Origin: an uncultured Desulfarculus sp.
Lineage (GTDB): Bacteria; Desulfobacterota; Desulfarculia; Desulfarculales; Desulfarculaceae
NCBI GenBank assembly: GCA_963665125.2
Contig: CAXXUK010000002.1
Span: 608,001-672,000 of the forward strand
Direction of reading: 5' to 3'
DNA: 64,000 bases
The notes under the pieces were generated by a model that did no database searches, was not told the origin of the DNA, and saw only the letters and a list, made by a program, of their open reading frames with translations. Within the stretch, counting starts at the first letter, position 1; the number at the start of each line of letters is the position of its first letter. A program made the position numbers and the translations under genes. This document shows positions 59,723 to 64,000 of the stretch, piece by piece.

Positions 59723-60592
59723 AAGATCATTCGACAAAACAATTAGCTCCTTGAAATCACTTTCTTTTAAAATCCGCATAGGGATGCCGCTCCTAATAAG
59801 TTTTTCCGCCTCTCTGTGTTTAGCGCTTTTCTCATGACCTGCAAGTTTCTTAATATCTTGGTCACCGACTACAAGAAATGAGGTTTTCTTTGTTACACGG
59901 GGTGCTACTTGAAAACCAATGGAGGCTGCGATATCAGCTGCTTCATGGCGCGGTATTTCGAGGGAGCCAGTGAAAACAATAACCTCGCCATAAAAGGCTC
60001 CTTCCAAATTACCTTTACGCTTTTCAGAAGAACCTGATCTGCTGGCTGCGGGGTCAATTGGTTGGCGTACTCTTTTAAGCCAACCATCTATATCTAGACC
60101 GCTCTTGTTGCTTGCGCTGAGGAGTATATGCGCTGCTGCTTTTGCATCCTCCAAGGCATCGTGATGTTTAAAGTCATATCCAATAAGTTGGCATAAATCA
60201 TATAACCCATACCCTTTCCGGGCACACTCCTTCCATGTTCTGCGTGCTACACACGCCGAATCAAGCCAAATACAGTTTATTTCATTGAGACTATAACGTT
60301 GAGATGCCTGTTTAATCGAAATGCGGTCAAAATGCGTGTGGCAAACAACCACTGCACTTTCGAGATATGATCGTAGCGTATTGGCTAACTCTGAAAAATT
60401 TGGGGCACCCTTGACAACAGACTCGTCAATCCCGTGGAGAGATACATTGGTGATATCGAAATAATCCTCTGGATCAACATAGATTTTCCATTCATCTGAC
60501 AAGACGCTATTTTCGTATTTTACCAAGCCGATTTGGCAAATAGATGCCATATCGGCATTAGCTGTTTCTACGTCAATTGCAATGAAGTCCAT
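59717..60592 (-). CDS. DEDDh 3'-5' exonuclease (DnaQ-like) with C-terminal BRCT domain
   Basis: IDVETAN, H..FD, HHDALEDA; BRCT G..IVFTGSL..PR.EA...VTKKT.FLVVG...K...A..L...I..E.DF. Confidence 0.9.
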   Translation of the reverse strand: MDFIAIDVETANADMASICQIGLVKYENSVLSDEWKIYVDPEDYFDITNVSLHGIDESVVKGAPNFSELANTLRSYLESAVVVCHTHFDRISIKQASQRYSLNEINCIWLDSACVARRTWKECARKGYGLYDLCQLIGYDFKHHDALEDAKAAAHILLSASNKSGLDIDGWLKRVRQPIDPAASRSGSSEKRKGNLEGAFYGEVIVFTGSLEIPRHEAADIAASIGFQVAPRVTKKTSFLVVGDQDIKKLAGHEKSAKHREAEKLIRSGIPMRILKESDFKELIVLSNDLI

Positions 60593-60617
60593 TGCTCAAC
60601 CTCTACATCGGGCTTGC

Positions 60618-60860
60618 TTAAAAGTCCGAGGTTACTTCCAGCGTCACCATTACAGCTGATTTTGGTCCTTGTCTAAACTTTAAATATGGCGTTCCATCTT
60701 CAAGGCGAAGCCGCTCCCCATTGGCCGTGTTTACAGCCAAAATATCGAGCAAAACAAAACCTTGATTTTTAACGATAAATCTTTCGTCTTCGCTATAGCA
60801 TAGCACATCCATCTCCTGATCAAGTTTGCTTAAATATTCCCGAAGAGCCCCTACTTTCAT
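60618..60860 (-). CDS. 80-aa hypothetical protein
   Basis: AAGGAG RBS; first gene of the AT-rich co-oriented three-gene run. Confidence 0.65.
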   Translation of the reverse strand: MKVGALREYLSKLDQEMDVLCYSEDERFIVKNQGFVLLDILAVNTANGERLRLEDGTPYLKFRQGPKSAVMVTLEVTSDF

Positions 60861-61453
60861 ATGATTGACTCCTTATTAAACAAAATCATCTAATAATTTC
60901 ATGACATTTTAATTTATGCGTAATACTTCACTCAGCTGCGTTCAATATTACTAACCAAATCTGTGACCATTCCACATGTTAAGTCATAGTGGCACATACG
61001 CCCGCTTACTGGATTATCAGTAGGCATGATGATTGACTTCGAGGCAAATAAGTTGAGGTGCATGTCTCGGTTACCACTTGACCATCAGTCCCAATCAATA
61101 TTTAAAACTAGTTCATGGATAGTCCCAAGGTCAACGGTTGATTTGATCGCATGTACTAATCGCCAGGCAAATTTCGAGCTTTTGCCTGACTTCAGGGAGG
61201 CTCTGCAAATGTCAACCTAGGTAGTAACCGTAATTTCAACGTGTGCCAAACAAGATGCATCATCGACAACTAATTAGTTTTTTTGACCACATCCCGCGCA
61301 TCTGCTTTAATTTTCATGCCTGCCCAGCGCTTATTGAGCCATTGTCGAGCCGTCAGCCCGCATCCAAAGCCAATTCACGCTAATCTATACCCGCGTCAAA
61401 CAACCGCTCGGCAAGCCCTGAACAAGTCCGCTTATTAACCTTAACCAACCCAA

Positions 61454-62128
61454 ATGGCATATCTATCCGCAGAAGAGATCGCCGAGGCAACCGGCCTGAC
61501 AAGCAACTTTATCGGGCGGTTATTGAATCAACTGCCCGAGGTGTTCGGCCAATACCGGCGCAAGGGCCGTAATCAGCGCAACGAAGTCGCGTCTGAGGCC
61601 CTGGCGATATTCAAGTTCATAACCACGCAAAAGGAGCTGAATCTGACCATCCCGGAAATCAGGGAGAAGATCGCCGTGTCGGGGTTTGCCCAGCCTGTCG
61701 AACAGGTTGACGAGCCCTTGTTGAGCCCTTTGCCAGCGCCGTCCATGGCTCATGAGCTTGCCGGGGAGCGGGAACGCTCCCGCGCGGCCGAGGAAACAGC
61801 GCATCGCGAGAAAATGGCCCACCTGGACACCAAGCAGGAACTACAGGAGATGCGCCAACGCTTGAGCGCCTATGAAAACACCGTGCTTTTGCTCAGCGAA
61901 GGCAAAACCAGGGATTTTGACGAATACCGGCAGCTTTCCGAAAGCGAAAAGGCCCGCCAGCGTGAGCGCGAGATCAAGGAGGAGGTGCTTTTCGAGGAAT
62001 ACCAGCAGTCCGGCTGGCTCAGGCGCGGTAAGAAAGCAAAAACGCTGGTCAAGCGACTCAAAGAGATGAGGGAGCGGGAGGCCTCAGATCAAGCCCCGGT
62101 CGCGGAGACGGCGGAGGTCGCTGACTGA
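61454..62128 (+). CDS. HTH (MerR-like) + coiled-coil protein
   Basis: YLSAEEIAEATGLTSNFIGRLL N-terminal HTH, ..ALAIFKFI....LTIPEIREKI, long charged coiled coil; 3' end overlaps the primase by 45 nt. Confidence 0.7.
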   Translation: MAYLSAEEIAEATGLTSNFIGRLLNQLPEVFGQYRRKGRNQRNEVASEALAIFKFITTQKELNLTIPEIREKIAVSGFAQPVEQVDEPLLSPLPAPSMAHELAGERERSRAAEETAHREKMAHLDTKQELQEMRQRLSAYENTVLLLSEGKTRDFDEYRQLSESEKARQREREIKEEVLFEEYQQSGWLRRGKKAKTLVKRLKEMREREASDQAPVAETAEVAD

Positions 62129-63103
62129 AAGATCACAGGCGTCGTTTGCCTCGGGTGGCACGAGGCTATCTTGTGCGGCTTTTTGCCAGTCAAAAGGATG
62201 GGCAGGCACTCCGGCCTGTTTCAGGACCGCCACAGCCCTTTCAGTGGCCTCGAATCCGGCTGCGTCCCGGTCAAACCAGATGACGACCCTTGGCAGGTTC
62301 AGAGTTTGGTGCCGGTCGACCAGTTTTCGGGCCTGTGCTTGGCTCAGATTCGCGCCGAAGGTGGCCACCGAGGGTATGCCCGCCTCGTGCAACTTGGCCG
62401 CGTCAAAGCAGCCCTCAACCAGGATCAGGCCGTGCTTAGACACGGCGGCCTTGACCTCGGCTTCGTCCAACAGATGGTGCCCATAAAGAAAGCAGGACTT
62501 GCTGAAGCCACCGTACACGCGCCACTTGCCCTCGGATTCGGCCTGGCGTTGATCCACGGCGCGGCCGATATGCGAAACCACCCGGCCAGCCTGGTCCTTG
62601 ATCTGGAAAACGTGACGGCCCGCCAGCTTGGCCTTGTGCGATGGGGGCAGGTAGCCAAAACCAAGCTCCAGCCTTGTGCGGTCTGACAAGCCTCGACGGG
62701 CGTATTCCTCGTGCGGCTCAAGGTAAGGCACCAAAGACGGCTGCTCGGGCAAAGGCTCTTTGGCTTCAATGCTGGACTTATGCGTTATCGGAGGATTCGG
62801 CGTCTCGATGCTCGCTTTGCAGAGGCCCAGCTCCAGCATTTCGCGGCCTGCCGCGTAACAATCGCGGCCACGGATTAGCTTGTAAAGCTCGATTGGACCG
62901 CCACCTTGCTGGGTAGAATGGCAATACCAGCGCCCGTCAAGCTGGATGTGCATGCTGGCGGTATTGTCCGGGCTGAAGGGCGAATGCAGCCAAATCTCGC
63001 CGCTAGATTTCTCTCTGGCAACACGCAGGCCCAAGGCTTCGACCAAAGCCAAGACGTTGACGTTTTTTCGAATATCAGTGAGTTTTTCAGGTGTTATCTT
63101 CAT
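62084..63103 (-). CDS. DnaG-like TOPRIM primase with degenerate CHC2 zinc finger
   Basis: SPFSPDNTASM...WYCHST..GG..I (CHC2-like), Y.RRGLS......GFGY, GR, K...LYG, TOPRIM LVEGCFDA and WFDRDAAG. Confidence 0.82.
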   Translation of the reverse strand: MKITPEKLTDIRKNVNVLALVEALGLRVAREKSSGEIWLHSPFSPDNTASMHIQLDGRWYCHSTQQGGGPIELYKLIRGRDCYAAGREMLELGLCKASIETPNPPITHKSSIEAKEPLPEQPSLVPYLEPHEEYARRGLSDRTRLELGFGYLPPSHKAKLAGRHVFQIKDQAGRVVSHIGRAVDQRQAESEGKWRVYGGFSKSCFLYGHHLLDEAEVKAAVSKHGLILVEGCFDAAKLHEAGIPSVATFGANLSQAQARKLVDRHQTLNLPRVVIWFDRDAAGFEATERAVAVLKQAGVPAHPFDWQKAAQDSLVPPEANDACDLSVSDLRRLRDRGLI

Positions 63104-63475
63104 GAAGAGATTAGTATTTTTTCTTTCACCGCTAAGGCGGTGTTTTGCTCCCCTGCCCCTCAGCGGCCAAGTTTTGGTCGTTTTTAAGGGACCTCAAAAG
63201 GAGGCACTGGCCAAGAAGGCGCACTCATGCTCCAGACCGGTCAAAACTTGACATTTTCGGCGTTTTGTTGTGGTTTCGGATGGCTTTAATGAGCGAATTT
63301 GCGCGCGGTGACGTCGATTTTGCGGTGGCGGGATTGCTAGCCAATCGACGGCTCTGACGCGGCCGCCCCCTGTAGATGATTGGCTTTAGGAGTGCAACTC
63401 TGGTGAGTTTTGGCCCGTGACCTTTCCGCGTGGCCCCGGCTCCCCTTACGTCCCTCGGCACTCGGGTAGTTTAAA

Positions 63476-63556
63476 ACCCAATTAGCTGAGTGGGATTTTA
63501 GTGGAATAACACGCGAGCCATATAGGCGTTACGTTATCCCACCCAACTAGTTGGGT
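63476..63556. promoter_or_regulatory. Pair of related 16-bp palindromes, candidate operators
   Basis: ACCCAACTAGTTGGGT (63541-63556, perfect palindrome) and ACCCAATTAGCTGAGT (63476-63491, 13/16 match). Confidence 0.55.
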
Positions 63557-63680
63557 TCTGGAGATAAAACTCGCAAATTGTTATTCCGCACACATTATAG
63601 GCGATGGGCTAACAGCGTCAAGTCATTGACTTAATTTCGGCTTGACCGATTTGGTGTTTTGTTGTCTGACGGGTATTGAA

Positions 63681-63983
63681 TCAGAGAATATCGCGGATAA
63701 ACGTGTTCAGCTTGCGGATTTTCGCGGTGTCATCTTTGCCGATGATCCGGCCGACCGAAGACGCCAACTCATTGGCCTCGGCATCGTCGGTAAAGGGTAG
63801 GGAAAGGAGTTCGCCTGCGGATATTTGCAGGGCTTCGGCGACCTTTTCCAGGGTGGCCAGGGTCACATTGGCCCGGCCCTGCTCGATCCTTTGGAAATAC
63901 TTGTAGCTGAGGCCCAAGGACTCCATGTCTTCCTGGCGGAGCCCTTTGTGCTTCCTGATTTCCTTGATTCTTTTCCCGATCAT
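63681..63983 (-). CDS. XRE-family HTH transcriptional regulator
   Basis: IGKRIKEIRK.KGLRQEDM...LSYKYFQRIEQGRANVTL.TLEKVAEAL. Confidence 0.9.
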   Translation of the reverse strand: MIGKRIKEIRKHKGLRQEDMESLGLSYKYFQRIEQGRANVTLATLEKVAEALQISAGELLSLPFTDDAEANELASSVGRIIGKDDTAKIRKLNTFIRDIL

Positions 63984-64000
63984 TTCGGCCAGTTGTGCCA

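Larger units (their letters stand above)
58401..64000. mobile_element. Left part of a tRNA-Arg-integrated element (genomic island / satellite-like); continues beyond the window
   Basis: Bounded by the tRNA 3' fragment; AT-richer cargo; primase, HTH and XRE genes. Integrase and intact tRNA are not in the window. Confidence 0.7.

Noticed and set aside
1..64000. CRISPR array, rRNA, or selenocysteine read-through candidates
   Set aside because: No regularly spaced repeat-spacer array or rRNA-like sequence seen, and no TGA at a conserved Cys position noticed in the redox proteins.

Overview
High-GC chromosomal window from a sulfate-reducing Desulfobacterota bacterium, inferred from a complete dsrT-dsrMKJOP operon at 31.1-36.9 kb. 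The left and central parts hold housekeeping and accessory genes: a B12-type radical SAM enzyme divergent from a TonB-dependent receptor; a yajD-like HNH nuclease; a low-GC stand-alone RloC-like ABC-ATPase/HEPN gene; a cobalamin riboswitch controlling chlD/chlI-type chelatase subunits; an MCP and MFS transporters; an ECF sigma/anti-sigma/Spy-like operon ending in an unannotated 50-aa lipoprotein; gpmA; bcp; a frameshifted Ntn-hydrolase; and a 2-hydroxyacyl-CoA dehydratase/activase operon. At 48.5-56.8 kb a ~1470-aa repetitive secreted protein lies divergent from an outer-membrane beta-barrel and an Ig-domain protein, a candidate uncharacterised surface-protein export/display system. The right end has an IS5-family element inserted into integrase arm-like repeats next to a 45-bp 3' fragment of tRNA-Arg(ACG), read as an att site. 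This marks the left edge of an integrated element that continues beyond the window. Its visible cargo is an AT-rich small ORF / DEDDh-BRCT exonuclease / RES-domain run (candidate defence module, containing a degenerate integron attC-like site), followed by an HTH protein, a TOPRIM primase with a degenerate zinc finger and an XRE regulator. All calls come from reading motifs by eye; no database searches were run.
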